A stretch of 64,000 nucleotides of DNA from Eledone cirrhosa (lineage: Eukaryota). The stretch lies in contig OZ024740.1 of assembly GCA_964016885.1 (NCBI GenBank), positions 286,440,001 through 286,504,000 on the forward strand. Direction: 5' to 3'. Position numbers and translations under genes: made by a program. Numbering within the stretch: position 1 is the first letter of the stretch; every line of letters starts with the position of its first letter. Shown here in pieces: positions 47,871 through 59,289 of the stretch. The notes beneath the pieces were generated by a model. That model saw nothing but the letters and a program-made list of their open reading frames with translations. It did no database searches and had not been told where the DNA came from.

Positions 47871-48636
47871 ATTTAGTATGAGACCAAAGTGGTTGGTGAT
47901 AGGAAGGGAATCAAGACATAGAAATGTTTCCAAACAAAGGGTTGGGGCACTGTCAGTTGTGTCAAAGACATGACAACCCCTCCTGTACACTCGGTGGTAT
48001 GTGAAGCCATACATAAATAAGACACAGGTTCCTGGTCTGTCCTGGAGATCAGTAGCTCTGCTTCAGTACTGACTTGGTCTATATAGACCCATCCAACCCT
48101 TGCTAACAGAGAAAGCAGACGTTAAAATGATGATATGTGTGTGTGGGGTGGGGTGGGTGTATTGGTTGCTGATATATTAAGGTCGCATTTGGAAGATAAC
48201 TAAACAAAAGATTCTTAAATAAATCTTTGAGTGAATTTATGTTTCAAAACTACTCTAATTGCTAGTAAATACACAGCATTGGGACATTTGTATTTTATTT
48301 ATTTATTTATGCATTTTTTATAACCCTTTTCAAATTTTGAAATTTGTTCATTTCTTGGATCAATGCAAAAGCTTTCAATACTATTTCTACATCAAGTCTT
48401 ATTTCTATTTTGCAAAAATAAACAATATTGTTATTTTGTTTTCAGTATATCCAGTAGATTGCGCTATTTCTAGTCTAAATAAACTATCTAAATTAACCTA
48501 TTTTAAACCTTTAGAAATGTAATCAATTCAATCTCATTTTATTTTGGATTATTTTATAAACAAAATATTTTCTTTTAAATGTTTGTTCTAGTTCTTCACA
48601 AAGGGACGCAACTCTTATTCGTTCTGAGTTCCAGCC

Positions 48637-50570
48637 CTAAGGGGTCGCTACAAGTTCCAAGACATCGTTTTCGAAGGGTAGCAATGCTGGGTTACTTGGA
48701 GGGTTATTATAAGTTTTAAACCCAAATTTATCCTGTTTGTTGTTCGCTTTTTCCTGGTTATCGAAATAAAAGGCACGCCAATGCAACCTTTTAAGGAACA
48801 AATCCGTTTTCTGTATCAGAAGTTTTAGGTAAGTCTTCCTGCTAGGTACGGGTATGTTCTTTGTAAAAATATTCAGGTGTTGTTTCTGCATGATGAATAT
48901 AAGTCAATAGAGTGCTCACCCTTAACGGGATCTTCTGAAACTAAAAAAATCAATCTGTTAACGCAGAAGTAAATATTTCGAAAAACGTTGCAACTGAAGG
49001 AAAACAAAAAGACGATACTTTGGTTCGTGAAGACGTTCCCTGGCAATGAACGGAAAAAAGCGAAGAAAATACGTCGTTATGTGGATCGGTAAGAACAAAT
49101 ACACGCAAACACAAAACCACATTTATGGTATAAATGAAGTCGTAGACTAATATTCTATTTAGGAAACAGAATGATTCTCGGCTTCAGAGTTAAGAATAAT
49201 GTAAATAAATTAGTAGAACGGAAATGACAGAGGTTATTAAAATCAATAATAATTAAATATATACATACACGTATCTATATAAGTACATACACGTGCGTAC
49301 GCGGAAACACCCGCCATGCATGCATATACATGCACGACCACATAAATACGCGCACACATACATAAACCCACGCGACACATGTACCTGCACACATAAAAAC
49401 GTATACACCAAATACAGATAAAAATGTATATATGTGTGTGTGTGTGTGTGTGTATACACATAATTATATAAACGTATATAAATATACACACATAAATACG
49501 TATAGAGCGCATGCACACACATACCTACAGGTAAAAACACATATGTTCACAAACGTATGTCAACCAAAACACGATACACACATATACACACCTACATACA
49601 TGCAAACACGCATACATGCATACACACACAAACACAAAATACACATATACACATAACTATATACACATATATCAGTATATATAATATAATATATACACCT
49701 AAACAAATACAAGCATATATACGTACGAGAAAGTATACGAACCTTCACAAAACATACGTGTAAGATATACTTACCTATACAAATAAGTAATGGTATAAAC
49801 TTAAAATATACTTAGCTACCACATCAAGACGTAAATTATCCGTGTATTGTTCGTACTATCCGTTAGGGTATAATGTGGGGCTGTAATACAGGAAAGTGTA
49901 TTGCAATTTGTGTTTACAAGCAGAAATTGCTCAGATTTTTTGTTTAAGATATGGTCATTGGCATAGAGTATTTCCAGGGCTTCAGCGGCACAAAGATCGC
50001 ATGGTCTTTTATTTCCGTTATACGATCTAGTTTTAGCTAGGATCTCCCAGTGTAACCTATATTGGGTGTGGTTGTCTTTTAGACTCCAGATATAAGCTGA
50101 AAGTGACGTCATATTCCTTCTTAAAGGGTTAAGAAAAGAATGGGTGTGCATGTAAAGACGCTGCTTGAATCTATTGCCGGTTAACCCTATGTATGCCCCA
50201 CGGGACGTGGGTATTTCGACCTTACATTTGTAGACAATGTTACTGGAGAGGCATTTCTCGGATAGAGGGCAGTCAACCCGATTCCTACAATTACAGTTAG
50301 TACTTGCTACCGGGTTGCACGTGTTCTTACGGCTAGGTAATTTAGCTAAATTTGAAGCAATGATGTTATGTGCAAAGTTAGGGGTCGTAGAGTAAGATAT
50401 TTTAAAGGTATTTCTATTAAAAATGTTATTATATTTATGTGCTGAGGGGAAATGCTTCTTAATAAGGGAGAGAAAGATCTTAGCTAATGGTGTGGCCACC
50501 TCCATTTTATATGGTGGGTTATACCATGTAATGTGTCGGGATCTATTTTTCCTTGGTCTATGCTCACACT
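48637..50570 (-). mobile_element. Penelope-like element (PLE), partial tandem: C-terminal GIY-YIG portion followed by the ORF N-terminus
   Basis: 49816-50570 encodes ITWYNPPY, IFNRNTFKISYS, CNCR..CPL..C, VYKC..YIGLT..FKQR..H, LSAYIW.LK and C.LC..E..I..LN (GIY-YIG). 48637-48891 encodes KNIPVPS..YLKLLI.K...FLKRLHWRA..FGFK..PP..FENDV, a typical PLE ORF start. Confidence 0.85.
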
Positions 50571-50574
50571 TAGT

Positions 50575-50755
50575 TCATCATCATCATCATCATCATCATT
50601 TTTACGTCGGCTTTTCCCTGCTTGCAAGGGTGGGACGGGAACTGATTCTGGCTTGATTTCTACAGCTGGATGCCCTTCCTAACACCAACCTCATTTACAG
50701 TGAGTGCTGGGTGCTTTTTTGCCGTGGCACCTCCACGACCACTTTGCAGTGGAAT
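50575..50755 (-). mobile_element. 5'-truncated copy of the 38156-type SINE tail
   Basis: Reverse complement of about 38320-38485, with a (GAT)n tail; abuts the PLE 5' side. Confidence 0.85.
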
Positions 50756-51779
50756 ATGCTACCTTATCGACAAATCCACTCCGAGCAAGAGCTTCATTGT
50801 AATATGTGGAATGGTCGGTGAACAACCGTTATTATTTCTTACTGATGTCCCTCTGTGTTTGATGTGAAATACATGTTCATTAATATATGTATCTGTATAT
50901 ATACATATATGTATGTGTGCGCACTTTCTTGTGATTGGAAAAATTTTCTGGACCTGCAAATTCAACACCAAACGAGGTAAACATTTTCAACTTTTCCCTT
51001 TTTTCGCATAAGTGCGTGCTTTATCTGAGACAACTTGAAAGTATTCTTCAAAGAACTGGATTTTACCATTCCGTTGGATCACTTAACTCCCAGGGACATT
51101 CAAACGGATTTTACCATTTACAATCTGCGGAGAGGAATAACAGATCTTCAGAAGAAAAAATAAAAAATTTAAAAGGATTGGTTGTGGCAACAACGCATGG
51201 AACCAACCTAGAGTAATTGTATCACACAATTATACATTCCTCCTTAACGTACACTTACAATTTTTCACACACCCCCCCCCCCCCTCCAAAAAAAAATTAT
51301 TATAAATGGCGAGGAAGAGATTACACATGGCACCATCCCATCTCCCTCTTGAAATAACCTGAATCTATTTATAGACAGGTGTATCTGAAAGGCCAAGTCA
51401 TACTTCCATTCTATTTCACAGAATTAGAAGCTTTGACCACTTGATAGAATTCAGGACCAGTAATGTAATCACTCAGTAATTGTAAACATCTTGTATCACT
51501 ATCATTCAGGCTTTGACTTTACTGCAGCCTTGCCCATGCGGATTTTTACACAAACTCACAGTTTCTGATTTTACTGCGGATTTACCCATGCGAAATATTA
51601 CACAAACTCACATTTTGTACTTCTAACGTTTTTATTTTCCTTCTCTTTGCATGTTCATTGCTCTTTCTCTCCCACTGTATTTACCTGCCTCTCACATGAC
51701 CACACTCATCTCCACGCACTCGTAATCTTCTCTCCCCTTCTCCACTTTCTATCCCTCCCTCTGCTCACCCCTTACTTCG

Positions 51780-54700
51780 TCCTCATGCACAGCCCACCTA
51801 TGTCTTCGTTCAACCCGTCGGTGGCCCAATGTTTCGATCGAACTATCACCGGCAATTGCGGATTGATAAAGTTGCCACCACTTTAACCTAGTCCATTCTA
51901 AGTGGCGGTGGCATGCGTCGAATGACTAAGAGACCTGCTTGGTGAAACGACTATGTGACAACCGGTCAGCCTTCGACCTCTCTTTCTCCACCAACTTCGG
52001 CACGCACAAGAGGAGCTAACTTGTCCGCACCTACCCCCTCCTCCTCTTCACCGCAGATTCCGAGCAAATTCAACCCAGCCAACCCCACCACCCAACCTCC
52101 ACTCTAGTCCCACCATTAGAACCACTGCTGCCTCCTTTACCAATCGTATTCCAATGCTGGCCCTCTACTGCCAGCTGCTGCAAGCCCACCACCTGATTGT
52201 GCTCTCTGTGCTCGCACTAGCCAGTACTTAAAGACAATTAAATGTTACCTATGCCACACAAGCTACCACAGAAGCTGTGTCGGCATCACCAAAGCTCAAG
52301 CCGAAAGGCTTCAATACTGGACCTGTAATCAGTGCCACTTCAGCTCCGACGTATTCTGTGGGGATGCCCCATGCTTCGATGACCAACTCTCTACCGAGGA
52401 CTTTTCCACAGCCCTCCAGGGTTTCTCCAAATCAAAGCTTGTTAACCAGATCCCTAAGGGAGCTCGGAATAGCTTTGCCCGTGCCCTCTCTAATTTATTG
52501 AAAAACGTTTGCTCGTCCAACAATAGGTCTGACTGGCAGACATTGTTTTTGTTTCCTCTCATCTCTCCTCATGTGCACAATACGAATTCGGGTTCCCTCA
52601 CGTCCTCTCTCAAACGGCAGTTCCAGCTGTTTGAGTCTACCCCATCCACATCTCACCTCAGTTCGACATCGAGCCCGGTGTCCACCAACAGACAACCGGT
52701 AGACCTCAAGCGAGAGGTCAATGCCAAATTCAGCAAATTTGACATTTAAGGGGCTGTCCGTCTCGTCTCTTCTCTGTCCTCCCTTGCTCCGTCCAACTCT
52801 GATTCTCTTGAGCGACTGAAAGAGAAGCACCCATCGGCACCCCCAGATGATCAGCTACACTGGTTCGAGCCACCAGAATACTCAAGACCGGTTTACACCA
52901 CCGATATCATCAGAAAGGCGATTTCATCCTTCCCCGCTGGGTCAGGCGCAGGAATTGACTGCCTTCGTCCTCAACACCTCAAGGATGGTATCTCCTTATC
53001 GGCCGGTGACGCCGGACTCGAGCTCTTTGAGAGTCTGACTCGGTTTGTGAATCAGTTCTCTTCAGTGAACGTTCTCCCGTTCATCCGCCCACTGTTCTTC
53101 GGTGGGAAGCTATTTGGTCTCACCAAGCCCAACGGAGACCTGCGGCCCATTGCAGTTGGTTGGCTGCACCCTTCGCCGCCTCACTGCAAAGGCGTGTTTG
53201 CTGTTGGTCTCTGACTCACTGGCGGAGGAATTCTCCCTCATCCAGCTGGAGGTGGGCACCAAGTTGGGATGTGAGGCTGCTGTCCACGCTACCAGAGCCT
53301 TTACCAACTTGCACTCCTCGTCCCCCAAGGTCATCCTCAAACTTGACCTCAGGAACGCCTTTAACTCCGTCATCCGCGATGTCGTCCTCGGCTCAGTAAG
53401 AGAGAGGGTTCCACAACTCTATCCCTTTGATTGGCAGGCTTATCGGGAGCCCTCCTACCTCTCTTTCGGTAACCAAATCATCACCTCTGCCTCAGGAGTC
53501 CAACAGGGTGACCCACTTGGGCCCGCTCTGTTTGCACTGGGCATTGATGACATCACCAAGATGGGGGTTGAGTTGGACCTCAATGTTTGGTACCTCGACA
53601 ATGCTTGTTTGGGAGGAACTCCGGTTATGGTTCTCACCACTGCTAACAAAATGGTCGAGGAGCTTGGCCGCTGGGGTCTCCAGGTCAATAGCCCCAAATG
53701 TGAGTTCTGGATCCTCAACCACCCGGCTTCTCAACACCAACAGCTAATTGACCTGTTCGCAGAGTCCTTCTCTTCCATCGCGGTGCCTCCCCTGTTGGCT
53801 TGGTCCTCATTAGGAGCCCCAATCACAGACCTTGCCTTCGAGTCAATCTTCCAATCAAAGATGGCTGGCCTTGAGCAGCTGCTGAAGAATATTGAAGTTA
53901 TCGAACCTCATCAAGGTTTCTTCATACTCAGGAACTACCTGTCTATTCCTAAGCTTCTGTATCTGCTCAGGGTCAGCCCCTCTCACAGATTTCCGTCCTG
54001 CCTCCAACGCTTCGACGACATAATCTTTGAGAGACTCGAGTGCCTGGTCAATGTTAGACTCTCTCCAGAGTCCCGCGATCAGGCTGCATTGCCCAAGCGA
54101 TTTGGGGGTCTTGGTCTTCGTAAGTGTTCGTCCCTCTCTCTCCCCTGCTTCCTTCCCTCCACCCACGCTTGCTCCACCATGGCGAGCAGCATCCTCTCCT
54201 CTCCAACATGGACTAGTTCCAACAGGGAGTTGGGTGAAGCTCTCCAGCAATGAAGTGAGTTGGGCTTGTCTCTTCCTGTTAAGGTGGAGGGCAGTCGAAG
54301 TCAGAGAACTTGGGACAGCATAAGTTCGAAGGGCACCTTCGACTCCCTCTTCATCCAGTCAGATCAGTTTGCAAGATGCCGCTTACTATCTGCCTTACTA
54401 AATACTCAGACGACTGGGTTGATGTCCTACCCGTGGCCAGCTCAGCCTGGACGAACTTCGTGTCTCCATCGCCCTCAGAGTGGGAGCTGACATCTGCATG
54501 GATTTTAGGTGCCAATACGGCAAACTCCTTGACTCCACGGTCTTTCTTGCCGCCTGAATGCCGGCCACTTCGCGCGTCACACGGAGCTAAACCTCATTCT
54601 GAAGAGAGCTTTGGCCCAGGCGAACATCCCCTCAATCTTAGAACCATCTGGGTTGTCCAGAAGTGACGGCAAAGGACCTGATGGCCTTACCCTGTGCCTC

Positions 54701-55200
54701 TGGTCGAGAAGCAGGTGCCTTGTCTGGGATGTCACTGTTAGTGACTCTTTTGCTCTTTCCCACATCCTAGATGTTGCGGTTAGGATGATAGCCACAGCTT
54801 CCGCAGCCGAGTGGAGTAAGACCCTCAAATAGTGTGATCTGTTGGCCAGCAACATTTTTCATCTTGTGTCTTTCAAGACGTTTGGGGGATTCGGGCGTGC
54901 GAGGTTCCTCTCTTCACTGGCGGTTCGCCTAATAGAGGTAACTGGCGAATCTCGCGAGGGCGCTTGGTTGTTCCAGCGCATTAGCCTCACTATCACCCGA
55001 GGCAACGCTGCGAGTGTGCTGGCTTGCCTAAAAAATCATTAGAGAGGTTGCCCGGTACTCCTCGCGACGTTGCTGTCTTTTGCTCTGGTGTTGGCTCGGT
55101 TGTTCACCCCTTCCTTTACATTTTCTTTAATATTGTAACATTAAAAGAAAATATCTTTCTGAACGAATTGCGAACAATTTATAATGTTATCTAAGCATTT
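51780..55200 (+). mobile_element. CRE-clade non-LTR retrotransposon (PHD-RT-restriction-like endonuclease), disrupted
   Basis: RT: TKPNGDLRPIAVG, LRRL, GCEAAVHA, LKLDLRNAFNSV, GVQQGDPLGP, WYLDN, LPKRFGGLG. RLE: RH..LN..LKRAL, LEPSGLSRSDGKGPDGLTL..W...LVWDVTV, WLFQRISL..RGNA. N-terminal C4HC3 finger at 52198-52335. Confidence 0.88.
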
Positions 55201-55315
55201 GTAATGTTATTTATATATATATTTAAAACATATTTGTTATGTTATTCTACTGTAAATTTATTTATATGCTTTATACATAAAGTTGTATTCCTATAATAAA
55301 ATATATATATATATG

Positions 55316-55397
<82 letters not shown>

Positions 55398-55400
<3 letters not shown>

Positions 55401-57400
55401 ACGGGTAAGGCGGCTGGGCCTTCGGAAATAGTTGCTGAAATGCTGAAACCATCTGGAACGGTGGGACACACTATGGTCACCCGGATAGTAAACCAAGTCA
55501 TACAGAATGGGGTCGTTCGAAGGACTGGCGTAGCAGCATCATCATTAACTGCTACAAGGGTAAAGGAGATGCTCTAGATAGGGCTAACTATAGAGGCATT
55601 AAATTAATCGACCAGGTCATGAAGGTCACAGAAAAAGTAATAGCGCAACTAATCAGAGAGCGAATTGATCTAGATGAAATGCAGTTCGGGTTTGTGTCAG
55701 GTAAAAGTACCACAGACGCTCTTTTCATTGTACGACAACTACAGGAGAAGTACCTAGCTAAAAGTAAACCCCTATACTTAGCTTTTGTTGACTTGGAGAA
55801 AGCCTTTGACAGAGTCCCCCGCTACATTATCTGGTGGGCTCTTAGAAAACTAGGTGTTGATGAATGGCTTGTGAGAGCTATACAAGCCATGTATAAAGAA
55901 ACAGCCAGCAAGGTTAGAATTAACAACGAATATAGTGAAGAGTTTAGCATAAAAGTTGGTGTTCATCAGGGCTCCGTCCTTAGCCCCCTCCTATTTATTA
56001 TTGCTCTTCATGCTATAACAGAGGAGTTCAAGACCGGCTGCCCATGGGAACTCCTATACGCAGATGATCTAATGCTCATAGCTGAATCAAAGGCTGAACT
56101 AGAGGAGAAATTCCAAATATGGAAGCATAGCCTAGAATCAAAAGGCCTTAAAATTAACCTGTCTAAGACTAAAGTTCTAGTTTGTAGGAAGGAAAATAGG
56201 GCACCAGTCCCATCTGGGAAATGGCCATGCTCAGTGTGTAGGAAAGGAGTAAGCAGAAACTCCATTTTATGTCCCAAATTCAAAGTATGGGCACATAAAA
56301 GATGTAGTGGGATCACAGGTAAGCTAACTAAGAATATAGATTTTATATGTGGCCGGTGCTCTGGTGCAATAAGTAGCAGCAAGTGCCCACAGAATACTAG
56401 CTCATTCCATTGCACAGATGGTTCTATAGAAATAGTGGACACCTTCCGTTACTTGGGTGACAAAATCAGCAGTGGTGGAGGGTGCTCTGAAAGTACAGTA
56501 GCTAGAGTCAGAACGAGATGGAAAAAGTTCAGAGAGCTTATACGACTATTGGCCGCTAAAGGGTTCTCTCTAAAAATGAAAGGCAGGCTGTATGATGCCT
56601 GCATACGAACAGCAATGTTGCATGGCAGTGAGACCTGGGCATTGTGTGCAGAGGATATACGCAGACTGGAGAGGAACGAAGCTTGCATGCTCCACTGGAT
56701 GTGTAATAGCAATATACGTGAACGGCAAAGCATAAACGAACTAAGGGAGAAATTAGGTATAAGAGGGATCAGATGCTGTTTACTCGAGGGAAGACTACGT
56801 TGGTACGGTCACGTGATGCGCATGAAAGACGACAGCAGTATAAAAACGTGCAGGGCGATAAAAATAGACGGTAGCCATGGAGTAGGCAGACCCAGAGAAA
56901 CCTCGGACGACTTGATAAATTCCGACCTCACACACTTACACCTCTCCAAGACAATGTCACTGGACCGAGATCTTTGGCGCTACACAGTAATACAGAAGAC
57001 CCGCCTTGCCTAAGTACAAAGCGAAACCTACAGTCAGTAGGCACCTCTAACAAAAATACATCCCCGTCCCACTACCCCCACCCCATCCATACCACCCCTT
57101 CCAATGTAATGTTATGTTGGTACCACAACATCCAGTCCGAAACAAATGAGGTCATGTAGGTGTCATGACAAAAAAACACACAGTCCACGCTGTAATGTGG
57201 CCGTATAGGTAACACGGTAAAAACCTCCCAGTCCACACTGTAAACGTGGTTGGTGTTAGGAAGGGCATCCAGCCATAGAAAACTCGCCAGACAGTCCTAT
57301 ACGAGCAAGACAACCAATCTTGCCTCAAGTGGGAAAATTCCCGTCCAAACCCATGCTAGCGTGGAAGATGGACGTTAAACGATGATGATGATGATGATGA

Positions 57401-57404
<4 letters not shown>
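55398..57404 (+). mobile_element. 5'-truncated RTE LINE with open RT-PHD-C-terminal ORF, flanked by (TA)n
   Basis: ORF 55619-57013 (464 aa) is uninterrupted; long 3' UTR; (GAT)n tail; (TA)n on both sides. Confidence 0.95.
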
Positions 57405-57445
<41 letters not shown>

Positions 57446-57515
57446 CGCAACAAGTAAACATTAAACAATCTTTTAAATAAATTAAAATACGATTTAAAAA
57501 TTCACCTGCTCTAGT

Positions 57516-57595
57516 GCTGTGACCGACGGTTTCACTTATCAAAAGATTGGAAATTCAGAGAATTTCCAATGGAAAGAATCAGCTCTTCAGACAGC
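57516..57595 (-). ncRNA. Type I hammerhead ribozyme, copy 1
   Basis: GCUGU-CUGAAGA-GCU..[AUUGGAAAUUC ucu GAAUUUCCAAU]..AGU-GAAA-CCG U CG-GUC|ACAGC. Predicted cleavage between 57521 and 57520. Confidence 0.88.
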
Positions 57596-57983
57596 TATTT
57601 CCAAACCACAGGGCACAAAGCCTCATGGCTAGTAAATATATCGCTTTCTGCCCAATGCATGAGGTCAGGCCGTTAAAGTGACACACACATAAATAGGCCG
57701 TAAGAAAAAGCGGGAATTATAGACTAGTTGATATTTCATGTTACTAGAAATAGCAGCACGATACAACATTTTTTTCCTCTACATAGAAGGAGAATACAAA
57801 TAAATGATATAAATATTACAGTAGGTACTAAGTACCCACGGAAATATACATGGTGTCTATAAGAGTTGTTGTTCAATGGTACTAATTTGAGATACCAGAA
57901 CTTTTAAAATGAGCGCAACAAGTAAATATTAAACAATCTTTTAAATAAATTAAAATACGATTTAAAAATTCACCTGCTCTAGT

Positions 57984-58061
57984 GCTGTGACCGATGGTTT
58001 CGCTTATCAAAAGATTGGAAATTCAGAATTTCCAATGGAAAGAATCAGCTCTTCAGACAGC
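57984..58061 (-). ncRNA. Type I hammerhead ribozyme, copy 2
   Basis: GCUGU-CUGAAGA-GCU..[AUUGGAAAUUC u GAAUUUCCAAU]..AGC-GAAA-CC AUC G-GUC|ACAGC. All core nucleotides are canonical. Predicted cleavage between 57989 and 57988. Confidence 0.9.
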
Positions 58062-59289
58062 TATTTCCAAACCACAGGGCACAAAGCCTCATGGCTAGTA
58101 AATATATCGCTTTCTAGATCTGTTTCATGTATTTATGTTTTCTGGTGTTTGAGGATTGGGGTGGGTTGAATATGGGTGGAGGTAATTCACCAAGGAGTTA
58201 TAAAGAACTGGGATTCTTTGAAAAATATTTTTGGCATCATTGGGTTATTAACACCTGTCAAATCCATTAGTGGTGATGATAGTGACATTAGTAGCAGCAG
58301 CAGCAGTTGGGACCCCTGTGGTAGTGGCAAGTACAGCCACAACATTAGTATTTATGGTGGACACCACCATCATCATCATACATACGTATGTATGCACACA
58401 GACACTCACATATACATATTTAGAAATAAGTATTTTAGAATATGTTTAATAGAGGATATATATAGATATGTGTTGAGAATGTATGTATTTGTGTATTATA
58501 TCACAGAAGTCACCATTGAAGATGTTAAAAGCAATGTTGTGGTTAAATAGCATCATACGACGTTATAATGTTTTTATATATAATTTATTTACAAACCAAT
58601 TACAAAGGTTTAGCTGGCATGCCATAAGAAAGGAATAAACAAATTAAGAGTTTAAGGAGATACGGTCAACTGGCTGAAGCGTTAGCCAGTCCCGTAGTGA
58701 TATTTGTTGCTACATAGAGATGTTTACCTTAACGATGTCGAGCTGCAAGAGAGAGTTTATCGAAAAGAAGCAAGAATTTTTCCCTCTGGGCGGAAGTTGA
58801 GATACATCTTCCTATGCTGGTAGTGATTGGCTGAACTGAGCCAAACAACGTACGGAGAATGTATCCATGCGCCCTCGGAATGTATGTCGCTACAATACCC
58901 CCTATTTAGCCTGGAAGGCGATACATAAGATTGAATTAGCAGGAAAACGCTGAAAGAGAGCCCATCAATGAAAAAATTGAACAAAAGAATGCATGCAAGA
59001 AGAAAAATTGTAAGTGAGACGCTAAGGCTTGTTGAGCCGCTGTGTCAAAGGACTAGCTGTTTTACTATTTATGCATGACCACCCGGGGTCTAACAGAAAA
59101 CGGATAAAGTCTGACATGGGCAAAGTTGATGTTCTTGCATTAAATGTTAATTATGGTAATTGTTTTACCAGAGCTGTGTAGCTGTTATGGTAAGTGTTGT
59201 AACAGAGCTGTTATCAATGATGATGCTGTTCATGTTCTACCAGAGCTGTATAGTTGTTATGGCAGGAGATGATGGGTAGGCGAGAAATT

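Larger units (their letters stand above)
57441..58115 (-). mobile_element. Hammerhead-containing direct-repeat unit (retrozyme- or PLE-pLTR-like)
   Basis: Direct repeats 57441-57649 and 57909-58115 (a handful of differences, period 468 bp) separated by 259 bp of unique non-coding sequence. Each repeat carries a type I hammerhead on the minus strand. Confidence 0.8.

Noticed and set aside
51120-51155. CTGAAGA-TCTG..CAGA hairpin on the minus strand
   Set aside because: No GAAA box or NUH/stem I closure.
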